Shown piece after piece: positions 18,557-27,250 of a stretch of 64,000 nucleotides of DNA. Under the pieces are notes generated by a model that saw nothing but the letters and a program-made list of their open reading frames with translations, had not been told where the DNA came from and searched no databases. The position numbers and the translations under genes were made by a program. The stretch lies in IMG/VR virus record IMGVR_UViG_3300030110_001396; one strand, written 5' to 3'. The DNA is from an uncultured virus (IMG/VR IMGVR_UViG_3300030110_001396). Its lineage: Duplodnaviria; Heunggongvirae; Uroviricota; Caudoviricetes. The stretch's first letter is position 1. Each line of letters begins with the position of its first letter.

Positions 18557-19281
18557 AAGAACTAGAAGGTAAAAACGTTGCAATTGTTGCTATGGGGCAA
18601 AGCCAAATAGATTTTCACCTTTCGCAAACACATAGTGTAGAGTTTGATGAAGTTTGGGCTATAAACGCAATGATTGGTGTTTTACCTGATATTGATAAAG
18701 CTTTTATATTAGACCCGATGAGTCGGTTTTTAGACACTAATGATGCAGGAAATATGACTGCTATGATGAGAAAGAAATTACCTAAATGTAATTTTCCTAT
18801 CTATACCTGTGAATTAGATGATAGAGTTCCTGCCGCAGTTGAATACCCCATAGAACTTGTTGTACATGATTTAGGTTGTTCTTATTTTAATAATACTATT
18901 CCTTACGCTATAGCTTTTGCTTTATGGAGTAAGGTTGGTAAAATTTCATTATTTGGAATAGATTTCACGTATAAAAGTAATATGCATTTTGCAGAAGCAG
19001 GTAGATCATGCACTGAGTTTTGGTTATCTAAATGTATTGATGCAGGAATGCATGTAGAAATTGCTCCTAGGTCAACTTTGTTGGATATGGATATTCCTTT
19101 ACATGAGAAACTATACGGTTATCATAGACTTGATGATCCTAAGATTGTTTACCAAGACGGTAAAGACATGAGTGTTTGTAAACTATCTGAAGTACAGATG
19201 GAACCAAAAAATAAACCTGTGGGGATTATTAATAGACATGATTTAAAAGAATTAAATCCTGTAGAACCGAAAGAGTATTAA
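18553..19281 (+). CDS. Rossmann-like transferase (sialyltransferase/Maf/MptE-like fold)
   Basis: VAIVAMGQS...VWAIN...AIAFA...ISLFGIDF motif series. Confidence 0.5.
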   Translation: MKELEGKNVAIVAMGQSQIDFHLSQTHSVEFDEVWAINAMIGVLPDIDKAFILDPMSRFLDTNDAGNMTAMMRKKLPKCNFPIYTCELDDRVPAAVEYPIELVVHDLGCSYFNNTIPYAIAFALWSKVGKISLFGIDFTYKSNMHFAEAGRSCTEFWLSKCIDAGMHVEIAPRSTLLDMDIPLHEKLYGYHRLDDPKIVYQDGKDMSVCKLSEVQMEPKNKPVGIINRHDLKELNPVEPKEY

Positions 19282-19282
19282 T

Positions 19283-19573
19283 ATGTTTTCTTTAAGATCA
19301 GATTTAAAAGTAGGTAATTTAGGCGTAACCACCACAGACAACAGAGGACTTAATGTCGATGAAGTTTCTGAAATGGCGGTTAATAAAATAATTTCTGTGA
19401 GCGATACAGCTCCTGCACCCATAAGGGCACAAGCTCATGCATTTAAAGATGCGTGTAAAAAGATAGTTATGTATTATATGCAAGAAGCGGTTAAAAACCA
19501 CATTTGCACAATATGTAATCAATTAGAACAGCAAGGTCAAAAAGACTTAGCTAATATTATCAGGAGACTATAA
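19283..19573 (+). CDS. Hypothetical protein
   Basis: 96 aa; coupled to both neighbours. Confidence 0.7.
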   Translation: MFSLRSDLKVGNLGVTTTDNRGLNVDEVSEMAVNKIISVSDTAPAPIRAQAHAFKDACKKIVMYYMQEAVKNHICTICNQLEQQGQKDLANIIRRL

Positions 19574-20004
19574 TGGCAATAACACAAGCAATGTGTACGA
19601 GCTTTAAAAAAGAACTATTAGAAGGGAAACATAATTTTCTTGCTTCTGGCGGTAATTCTTTCAAATTAGCTTTATACACGAGTTCAGCAACAATGACTGC
19701 GGCTACTACAGCATACAGTACAAACCAAGAGGCATCAGGAACAAATTATACTGCAGGTGGTGCGGCATTAACCAATATTAATCCAACATCTTCAGGAACA
19801 ACAGCGTTTACTGATTTTGCTGATTTAACTTTTGGTACTGCTACGGTTACTGCAAGAGGGTGTATGATCTATAATGATACACAATCAGGTGATCCAGCAG
19901 TTGCTGTGTTTGATTTTGGTGGAGATAAAACATCTACAGCAGGTAGTTTTACTATAACTTTTCCAACAGCAGACGCATCTAACGCAATTATTAGAATAGC
20001 CTAA
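19573..20004 (+). CDS. Virion structural protein
   Basis: MAITQAMCTSFKKELL...FKLALY...DFGGDKTST; T/A/S-rich. Confidence 0.7.
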   Translation: MAITQAMCTSFKKELLEGKHNFLASGGNSFKLALYTSSATMTAATTAYSTNQEASGTNYTAGGAALTNINPTSSGTTAFTDFADLTFGTATVTARGCMIYNDTQSGDPAVAVFDFGGDKTSTAGSFTITFPTADASNAIIRIA

Positions 20005-20016
20005 GGATAGCCTAAC

Positions 20017-20649
20017 ATGGCTAATCTTAACGGTTGGGGTAGAAGCACTTGGGGTGAAGGACCCTTTGGTGAACCTGCACCTGTAGTTCTTACAGGACTT
20101 GCAGGAACCTCTGCGTTAGGCACAGAAACAGCTACGGGAGATGCAAACGTTGCGGAAACGGGAGTTGCAGGAACTTCTGCAGTAGGTTCAGTAACTGGTA
20201 AAGGCGATGCAAACGTTGCGGAAACAGGGGTTGCGGCAACAGGAGCAGTAGGAACAGCCACCGCTACAGGTGTTGCGTTAGTTGGAGTAAGCGGCTTAGC
20301 AGGAACTTCTGCATTAGGTACTGAAACTGCTACAGGAACAGCAGAAGTTGATATAACAGGTGTTGAAGGCTTTGGTATTTCAGTCGGTGTTATTGCTACA
20401 GGTGACGCGAATTTAACTGAAACAGGTGTTGCAGGCACTTCTGGATTAGGAACAGTTTCTACAATAACAGATAATAGATTCGGTATTACAGGATTTACTA
20501 TAACTTCAGCTTTAGGTGATTTATCAGAAGTAACAGGGAGTGCTATAGTCTATCCAACAACGGTTGCGGCAACAGGTGAAATCAACTTAGTTTTAGTCTG
20601 GGGAGATGTGGTTCCAGGAGTAACGACTAATTGGCAAGAAGTAGCTTAA
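20017..20649 (+). CDS. Repetitive tail/fibre protein
   Basis: Repeated TG(V/L)AGTSA(L/V)G.....G.A.V units. Confidence 0.7.
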   Translation: MANLNGWGRSTWGEGPFGEPAPVVLTGLAGTSALGTETATGDANVAETGVAGTSAVGSVTGKGDANVAETGVAATGAVGTATATGVALVGVSGLAGTSALGTETATGTAEVDITGVEGFGISVGVIATGDANLTETGVAGTSGLGTVSTITDNRFGITGFTITSALGDLSEVTGSAIVYPTTVAATGEINLVLVWGDVVPGVTTNWQEVA

Positions 20650-20698
20650 CATTTTGATAAAAACCATATACAATCAAGAAAGTACGGAGATATAAAAC

Positions 20699-21670
20699 AT
20701 GGCAAGTACATATGTAAACAACCTAAGACTCAATGAAATGGGTACTGGTGACGCCAGTGGAACTTGGGGAACAACAACGAACACTAACCTCGAACTTATC
20801 GGGGAAGCTTTAGGTTACGGTACTGAAGCTATAACAACCAACGCAGATACACACACAACGACAGTAGCAGACGGAAGTTCTGATGCAGGTCGTGCGATGT
20901 TTCTTAAATACACAGGAACACTAGACTCTGCTTGTACTATAACTATTGGACCAAACACTATGAAAAGAGTTCAGTTTATAGAAAACGGAACAAGTGGGTC
21001 ACAAAATATTATTATTTCTCAAGGCTCAGGTGCTAATATAACCATACCTCCTGGAGATACAAAAGTTGTTTACTTAGACGGAGCAGGAAGTGGAGCAGCA
21101 GTTGTTGACGCTTTTGCTAGTTTATCTACAGTAGATTTAAAAGTTCAAGATGATCTCACAGTTACAGACGATGCTTCAGTTGGTGGAGATATGCTCGTAA
21201 GTGGTGAAGTACAAACAGCAAATATCGGTTATACAGACGGTGATAATGCAATTACTATTGCAGACGGTGGTGGAATAACTGCAGCAGCAGGTATTACCTC
21301 GACAGCAGCGGCTAATTTATTTGGAGCTACTAGTTTTAATGATGCGGATATAACTAATGTTGGTGATATTGGATTAGATTCAATTTCAGGAGACGGTGAT
21401 GCAAATACTTCTATAACATTTAGTGGTTCAGATGTTATTACTGTTACAACAGGAGGAGACGCTCAGTTCACTATGAACAATGGTTCTATTGTTCCTTCAA
21501 CAAATAATGATATCGATTTAGGAACGGATGCTCTTGAATTTAAAGACGCTTATTTTGATGGCACCGTATACGCGGATGCAGTAGATTTAGCAGGAACAGA
21601 CCTACAAACAACGCTTGATACAAAAGCAACAACGGGTAAAGCTATTGCTATGGCTTTAGTCTTCGGTTAA
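20699..21670 (+). CDS. Tail fibre-like protein
   Basis: SGTWGTTTNTNL N-terminus; D/G/T-rich body; GKAIAMALVFG C-terminus. Confidence 0.7.
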   Translation: MASTYVNNLRLNEMGTGDASGTWGTTTNTNLELIGEALGYGTEAITTNADTHTTTVADGSSDAGRAMFLKYTGTLDSACTITIGPNTMKRVQFIENGTSGSQNIIISQGSGANITIPPGDTKVVYLDGAGSGAAVVDAFASLSTVDLKVQDDLTVTDDASVGGDMLVSGEVQTANIGYTDGDNAITIADGGGITAAAGITSTAAANLFGATSFNDADITNVGDIGLDSISGDGDANTSITFSGSDVITVTTGGDAQFTMNNGSIVPSTNNDIDLGTDALEFKDAYFDGTVYADAVDLAGTDLQTTLDTKATTGKAIAMALVFG

Positions 21671-21685
21671 ACTTAGGAGAATATT

Positions 21686-22051
21686 ATGGCAAATCCAAAT
21701 CTAGTAGCAGTAACTTCGATATATGGTAATAGTATATGTGGAGCTTTAACTACTACAGTTACAACTGATTTATTAACTTGTGCTAGTAACAAATTATTAA
21801 AAGTAAACAGCATTATTATTGCGAATATTGATGGTACAAACTCAGCAACAGTAACAATGGGAGTTATCAAAAGTGGTGGCTCGGTAGTTTTGTTTGCATC
21901 AACGATTGCTGTTCCAGCAGATGCTACTCTTGTCTTAATAGATAAAAACTCAAGTATTTATCTTGAAGAAGGAGACATCTTAGAAGGTGGTGCAAGTGCT
22001 AACTCAGATTTAACTTACACCATTAGTTACGAAGAACTAGATGACGCTTAA
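21686..22051 (+). CDS. Tail-associated structural protein
   Basis: MANPNLV...IIIANIDG...IYLEEGD. Confidence 0.65.
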   Translation: MANPNLVAVTSIYGNSICGALTTTVTTDLLTCASNKLLKVNSIIIANIDGTNSATVTMGVIKSGGSVVLFASTIAVPADATLVLIDKNSSIYLEEGDILEGGASANSDLTYTISYEELDDA

Positions 22052-22065
22052 GGAGGTATTTAATT

Positions 22066-22527
22066 ATGGCTCACTTTGCAGAACTTAATTCAAGCAACGA
22101 AGTATTACAAGTAATAGTAATATCTAATGAAGATGTAGATTCCAATGGTGGAGATGAATCTGCCCAAGCAGAAAATTTTGTAGCCTCTATCGTTCCATAT
22201 GGAACAGGCGGTGTAGCTTGGAAACAAACTTCTTACAATAATAATTTTAGAAAACAATACGCAGGTGTTGGATATACTTATGATGCTACTAAAGATAAAT
22301 TTGTTTGCCCTCAACCTTATTCTTCTTGGTCTTTAGATTCTAACGATGACTGGCAAGCACCAGTTCCTTATCCAACAGTAACAGAAATTAATAGTTTATC
22401 GGTTTTGATAACATGGGATGAACCTAATTTAAGATGGAAAGGAGAAACTATTGATTTAACTACTGATCCTGAAACTGATACTAATTATATATGGGATGCT
22501 TCTAGTAAAGCTTGGAATGAGGTCTAA
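22066..22527 (+). CDS. Tail fibre-associated protein
   Basis: MAHFAEL...WKQTSYN..FRKQYAG.GY.YD...P.PY.SW; precedes the Gly-rich genes. Confidence 0.65.
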   Translation: MAHFAELNSSNEVLQVIVISNEDVDSNGGDESAQAENFVASIVPYGTGGVAWKQTSYNNNFRKQYAGVGYTYDATKDKFVCPQPYSSWSLDSNDDWQAPVPYPTVTEINSLSVLITWDEPNLRWKGETIDLTTDPETDTNYIWDASSKAWNEV

Positions 22528-22529
22528 CT

Positions 22530-23498
22530 ATGGCTAGTACAAATGGTGGATATATTGGCATAGACTATGAACCTGAAGCAGGCACTCAATCCGCAGTTAT
22601 AACTACTTTTAACTCAAGCGGTACATTAACCACAGCAGCTAGAACTACACAAGTACAATATGTAATTGTCGCAGGTGGCGGAGGCGGAGATACTCAAGGT
22701 GCAGGTTCAGGCGGAGGTGGAGCAGGTGGCTATCGTTCATCAGTTCCAGGCGAAGCATCAGGTGGCGGAGCATCTGCAGAATCATTAAGTCCAGTTAATG
22801 GTAGCTCACCATATCCAGTTGTTGTTGGAGCAGGTGGAGCAGGTGGAGTTGTTGATGCAGCTGCTAATGGAAAAAGTGGGTCAGACTCAAGTTTTAATTC
22901 AATAACTTCTCTCGGTGGTGGAGGAGCAGGTTTTGTAGCTCACCCCACTTCTCCGAGAAATGGTGGTTCAGGTGGTGGTGCTTCTTATTCAAATGGTGGC
23001 GGAACAGGAACATCAGGTCAAGGTTTTAATGGCGGTGCTGCTGCATATAGTGGTGGATCAAACAATGGTGGTGGAGGCGGTGGTGGAGCATCTGAAGTAG
23101 GTGTTTCTTGTCCAACTCCTGCACCCCCACAAAGAGGTTATGATGGTGGAGATGGCGTAGCTTCTTCTATTACTGGCTCACCTGTCACAAGAGCAGGTGG
23201 TGGCGGTGGCTGTGGAAGATTTACAAACAATGCTGTTGGAGCAGGCGGAGCAGGTGGTGGTGCACCAGGATCAAACCCTGTAGATTCACCAAATCCAGGC
23301 GGAACTGCTAATACTGGCGGTGGCGGTGGCGGAACTGACTTAGGTAATCCACCATTTAGTCCAGTCGCAGGTGGTAATGGAGGATCAGGCGTGGTTATTA
23401 TTAAAGAGCCTGAAGTTAGTTTTGTTTCAAATACAGGCGGTGTTTGGAATATGGAGGCTTTATACGATAATGTAAAAGCAGGAAATTGGGTAAGTTAA
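22530..23498 (+). CDS. Glycine-rich fibre/adhesin-like protein 1
   Basis: VAGGGGG, GGGGAGG, ANTGGGGGG and GGSGVVII motifs. Confidence 0.75.
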   Translation: MASTNGGYIGIDYEPEAGTQSAVITTFNSSGTLTTAARTTQVQYVIVAGGGGGDTQGAGSGGGGAGGYRSSVPGEASGGGASAESLSPVNGSSPYPVVVGAGGAGGVVDAAANGKSGSDSSFNSITSLGGGGAGFVAHPTSPRNGGSGGGASYSNGGGTGTSGQGFNGGAAAYSGGSNNGGGGGGGASEVGVSCPTPAPPQRGYDGGDGVASSITGSPVTRAGGGGGCGRFTNNAVGAGGAGGGAPGSNPVDSPNPGGTANTGGGGGGTDLGNPPFSPVAGGNGGSGVVIIKEPEVSFVSNTGGVWNMEALYDNVKAGNWVS

Positions 23499-23499
23499 T

Positions 23500-24408
23500 A
23501 TGCCTAGATTAGTCGGAGCAGCACAATCAGTTACTACCCAAGCACAACAAATAACTACATTTAATTCTAGTGGTACATTTACAGCACAACCCTTATCTAC
23601 AGTAGCAGATGTATTAGTTATAGCTGGTGGTGGTGGTGGAGGCGGTACGCTTGCAGGTGGCGGTGGAGCAGGTGGTTATCGAGAAATATCAGACCATCCA
23701 ATACCAGCAAGTGGTGTTCCAGTTACGATTGGAGCAGGTGGAGCAGGAGCAACTTCTGCTACAAGAGGAGCAGATGGTAATAACACAGTTTTTGGTGCAA
23801 GTTCTCCACTAACATCTACAGCAGGTGGCGGTGGAGGTAGGGCAAATAATCCTGATCCTGCAGGAACATCAAAATCAGGTAGGTCAGGTGGTTCAGGTGG
23901 TGGTGGCTATTTTAATGCTGGAGGTGGTGCAGGTAATACTCCTCCGACAAGTCCTCCACAGGGTAATGCTGGTGGAGCAGGTGCTACTGCTGCTGGAGTA
24001 CCAGGCGAAGAAGATTCAGGTGGTGGCGGTGGTGCTAGTGCTGCTGGAGCAAATGGTTCTGCTGGTGGTGGCGGTAATGGCGGAGCAGGTTCACCTTCAA
24101 CAATTTCAGGCTCAGATGTCACAAGAGGCGGTGGCGGTGGTGGAGGAGGATTTGCACCTCTAACACAATCATCAGGTGGTGCTGGTGGCGGAGGAGCAGG
24201 TGGTGCTGGTCCTACTGGAACTGGTGTAGCAGGAACAGCTAACACAGGCGGAGGTGGTGGCGGAGCAAGCTATAATTTTCCTGAAAAGCATGGAGGAGAT
24301 GGTGGTTCAGGAGTTGTAATCGTCAAGGAAAATGAAGTTAAAACAGCATCAAGCTGTTGGGATATGAGACAAGTGTTTAGACAAGTTAAAGCTGACGATT
24401 GGATATAA
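23500..24408 (+). CDS. Glycine-rich fibre/adhesin-like protein 2 (paralogue)
   Basis: Same motif series, plus shared ITTFNSSGT N-terminal motif. Confidence 0.75.
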   Translation: MPRLVGAAQSVTTQAQQITTFNSSGTFTAQPLSTVADVLVIAGGGGGGGTLAGGGGAGGYREISDHPIPASGVPVTIGAGGAGATSATRGADGNNTVFGASSPLTSTAGGGGGRANNPDPAGTSKSGRSGGSGGGGYFNAGGGAGNTPPTSPPQGNAGGAGATAAGVPGEEDSGGGGGASAAGANGSAGGGGNGGAGSPSTISGSDVTRGGGGGGGGFAPLTQSSGGAGGGGAGGAGPTGTGVAGTANTGGGGGGASYNFPEKHGGDGGSGVVIVKENEVKTASSCWDMRQVFRQVKADDWI

Positions 24409-24481
24409 CAACAACTTATCTTTGTTCTATATTTTAAAACATATCTAAATTATACTATCTTCTCATGAGAAAGAAGATAAG

Positions 24482-25102
24482 ATGAATCTAAAATATTATT
24501 ATTGGTACTTTGAATCAGCTATTCCTGAAAGAATCTGTGACGATATTGTTCGTTATGGTAAAGAACAAGATAAAGAAATGGCTCTTACGGGTAATGCTGA
24601 TAAAGACAACTTAACCAATTCAGACCTTAAAAATATTCAAAAGAAACGCAAGTCTGATGTTGTATGGATGAACGATAGGTGGATCTATAGAGAAATACAA
24701 CCATACATACAGTTAGCAAACAAAAATGCTGAATGGAATTTTGAATGGGATCATAGTGAGTCTTGTCAATTTACAGAATATAAAAAAGGTCAATTTTACG
24801 ACTGGCATTGCGACTCATACGAAGAACCTTATAACAAACCTGAAAATCAAAATGTCCATGGTAAATTAAGAAAACTTAGTATGACTGTATCTCTTACTGA
24901 TCCTGATGAGTACGCAGGGGGTGATTTAGAATTTGATTTTAGAAATCAAGACGAAGCATCGCAACCAAGAGTATGTGAAGAAATAAGAAATAAAGGTAGC
25001 GTGGTTATTTTTCCATCTTTTGTTTGGCATAGAGTTAAACCAGTAACTAAAGGAATACGGAACTCTTTAGTGTGTTGGAATATAGGGTACCCATTTAGAT
25101 GA
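24482..25102 (+). CDS. 2OG-Fe(II) oxygenase (prolyl-4-hydroxylase-like)
   Basis: YDWHCD, RKLSMTV, FPSFVWHRVKPVTKGIRNSLVCW. Confidence 0.9.
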   Translation: MNLKYYYWYFESAIPERICDDIVRYGKEQDKEMALTGNADKDNLTNSDLKNIQKKRKSDVVWMNDRWIYREIQPYIQLANKNAEWNFEWDHSESCQFTEYKKGQFYDWHCDSYEEPYNKPENQNVHGKLRKLSMTVSLTDPDEYAGGDLEFDFRNQDEASQPRVCEEIRNKGSVVIFPSFVWHRVKPVTKGIRNSLVCWNIGYPFR

Positions 25103-25725
25103 GCTTTAAGAAAAATAAATATCTAGTAATTAAAAATGCTATATCTAGCGAATTAGCAGATTTTTGTTATCAATATTTTTTAAACAAAAGAGCAGTAGCA
25201 AGACATTTATTTGATGATAGATATATTTCACAATATACAGATTACTTTGGTGTTTGGAACGATCAAATGATTCCTGAAACTTATTCCCATTACGGTGATA
25301 TAGCAATGGACACTTTATTACAAACAGTTAAACCTGTTATGGAAAAAGAAACAAAAATAAAACTTATTGAAACTTATTCTTACGCAAGACTTTATAAAAA
25401 AGGTGATGAGTTATTTAGACATAAAGACAGATCATCATGTGAAATATCTACTACTATGCATTTAGGTGGAGATGAGTGGTCAATATTTTTAGAACCATCT
25501 GGTGAAGAAGGTAAAAAAGGTGTTGAGATAAAACTAAATGCAGGTGATATGTTAATTTATAGTGCCTGTGATTTAGAACATTGGCGAGAACCATTTACAG
25601 GTAAAGATTGCGGACAAGTATTTTTACATTACAACGACTCTAGTAGTCCAGAGGCTAAATTTAATAAATTTGATGGTAGACCGATGCTTGGATTGCCTGG
25701 ATTTTATTCATCAAACAATGGTTGA
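25099..25725 (+). CDS. 2OG-Fe(II) oxygenase-like protein
   Basis: YARLY...HKDR..CEIS...GDMLIY...HWRE...QVFLHY. Confidence 0.75.
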   Translation: MSFKKNKYLVIKNAISSELADFCYQYFLNKRAVARHLFDDRYISQYTDYFGVWNDQMIPETYSHYGDIAMDTLLQTVKPVMEKETKIKLIETYSYARLYKKGDELFRHKDRSSCEISTTMHLGGDEWSIFLEPSGEEGKKGVEIKLNAGDMLIYSACDLEHWREPFTGKDCGQVFLHYNDSSSPEAKFNKFDGRPMLGLPGFYSSNNG

Positions 25726-26221
25726 AGTTTTTGACTGCCCCTACATAGCTAAAGTAAACGATAAAAAGTTTCAACAAGACTTAATTAAATACACCAAAGA
25801 GAATAAATGTTGTAATAAAAATAAATGTAAACATCCCAAAATACAAAGTGATCCAAAAATAAATCAAGCGTTTACAGTTATAGATGATTCTATTAAGAAT
25901 CTTTTTAACAGTTACTTAGGTACAAACAATTTTAAATTTACTAAAAAGAATGTATGGAGTTACTACGCACCTAAAGGTTCGCAACTAGAAAGTATTGTTC
26001 ATAACCATGCTTTTAAAAAAGAAAAAGGTTTACAGCTTTCTGCTTTAATGTATATCACACCAACAAAACTAGGCACTGACTTTACTGACTTTAAGATAGA
26101 GCCTGAAATAAATAAATGGTATCTTTGGCACTCAGGTTTATATCATCACCCCGAAGATGGCGTAACACCTAAAGATAGAATTGTGTTAGCTTTATCTAGC
26201 GTAATAAATATATGCACATAA
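25718..26221 (+). CDS. Putative 2OG-Fe(II) oxygenase
   Basis: HNH...SALMYI...LYHHP...RIVLA. Confidence 0.6.
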   Translation: MVEVFDCPYIAKVNDKKFQQDLIKYTKENKCCNKNKCKHPKIQSDPKINQAFTVIDDSIKNLFNSYLGTNNFKFTKKNVWSYYAPKGSQLESIVHNHAFKKEKGLQLSALMYITPTKLGTDFTDFKIEPEINKWYLWHSGLYHHPEDGVTPKDRIVLALSSVINICT

Positions 26222-26778
26222 AAATTCCAAACTTCTTATCAACAGAAGAATGTAAGTTTATAGAAAAAGTTTTATTAGAAAAAGAACAAGAAATACTTGC
26301 GTTGCCTAGTCATAAAGAATATTTTTCAGGCACAACTTCAAGATACGAACATTATAATTTTTTAAATTACATACCTGAAGTAAACATAATAGAAAAGTTA
26401 TTTGCTTTACCTATTATGCAAGATGAAGATGAATGTTGGATTCAATGTTGGGGTAATGTTTTAAACAAAGGAGAAACTATAGCAATGCACAATCATGGTC
26501 ATCCTGAAAATATATTTTATGCTTGTAACATTTTTATATCAGGTCCCGATGATTGTTTTACTTTTTATGATGATAATGGTCATGTTCCTAATAAAATTGG
26601 TGAACTGCATTTAATTGATTGTCATCTCTGGCATGGGGTAAAAGAGAACACAAACGATCAACCAAGGCTATCTATTGCTTGTGATATACATTTTAAAGAT
26701 CCAAAAGATTTTAATAATTACGAGCAAAGAATCGTTTATGCCAAAAGAAACTTGCGGACAAAGATTTTTACATTATAA
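26212..26778 (+). CDS. Putative 2OG-Fe(II) oxygenase
   Basis: WGNVL..GE..AMHNH...LWHGV...RLSIACD. Confidence 0.7.
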   Translation: MHIKIPNFLSTEECKFIEKVLLEKEQEILALPSHKEYFSGTTSRYEHYNFLNYIPEVNIIEKLFALPIMQDEDECWIQCWGNVLNKGETIAMHNHGHPENIFYACNIFISGPDDCFTFYDDNGHVPNKIGELHLIDCHLWHGVKENTNDQPRLSIACDIHFKDPKDFNNYEQRIVYAKRNLRTKIFTL

Positions 26779-26890
26779 TGACAATAAGATGATGTATTTA
26801 GCAGTTAATTTATTTGTGGGTGTTTCAGTGCTCATAGCTTTAATTGTTTTGTTAATGGATGTTTAGTCATCCGATTTAAGGGAGGACATT

Positions 26891-27055
26891 ATGGGAATGA
26901 TAGGAGAATGGCTTGGAATTATTACGTCTATTGTATGTTTAGCATCGATAGTCTGTGCGTTAACTCCAACACCAAAAGATGACGCAATGATGGGTAAATT
27001 TTACAAAGTTATTGAATTACTTGCACTAAATATAGGCAAAGCTAAACAAAAATAA
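26891..27055 (+). CDS. Small membrane protein, holin candidate (54 aa, not in ORF track)
   Basis: GGAGG SD; hydrophobic helix, TPTPKDD and basic C-terminus. Confidence 0.6.
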   Translation: MGMIGEWLGIITSIVCLASIVCALTPTPKDDAMMGKFYKVIELLALNIGKAKQK

Positions 27056-27058
27056 CTT

Positions 27059-27241
27059 ATGACCACTTCAAAAGAAGCATTAATTAAACTAGAAGCCCAT
27101 GAAAGAGAATGTGCTGTTCGTTACGAATATATAGAAAAACGTCTTGACGAAGGTTCAGCAAAGTTTAAAAGACTAGAACTTATATTGTGGGGTTTATATG
27201 GTTTGATTGCTGCTTCTTTAGGTGTCGATAAATTATTGTAG
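27059..27241 (+). CDS. Small coiled-coil/TM protein (hemolysin XhlA-like architecture)
   Basis: LEAHERECAVRY...KRLE plus C-terminal hydrophobic helix. Confidence 0.6.
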   Translation: MTTSKEALIKLEAHERECAVRYEYIEKRLDEGSAKFKRLELILWGLYGLIAASLGVDKLL

Positions 27242-27250
27242 GAGAGTTAA

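Noticed and set aside
20001..24245. Minus-strand and alternate-frame ORFs (20001-20438, 23627-23812, 23825-24163, 23907-24245)
   Set aside because: Shadows of repetitive Gly/Ala/Thr-rich plus-strand genes.
22530..24408. Paralogous fibre genes as a diversity-generating retroelement TR/VR pair
   Set aside because: No reverse transcriptase and no near-identical repeat differing only at adenines.
26675..26866. 63-aa ORF after the oxygenases
   Set aside because: Overlaps the upstream gene extensively with no clear SD; a shorter version may exist but cannot be supported.
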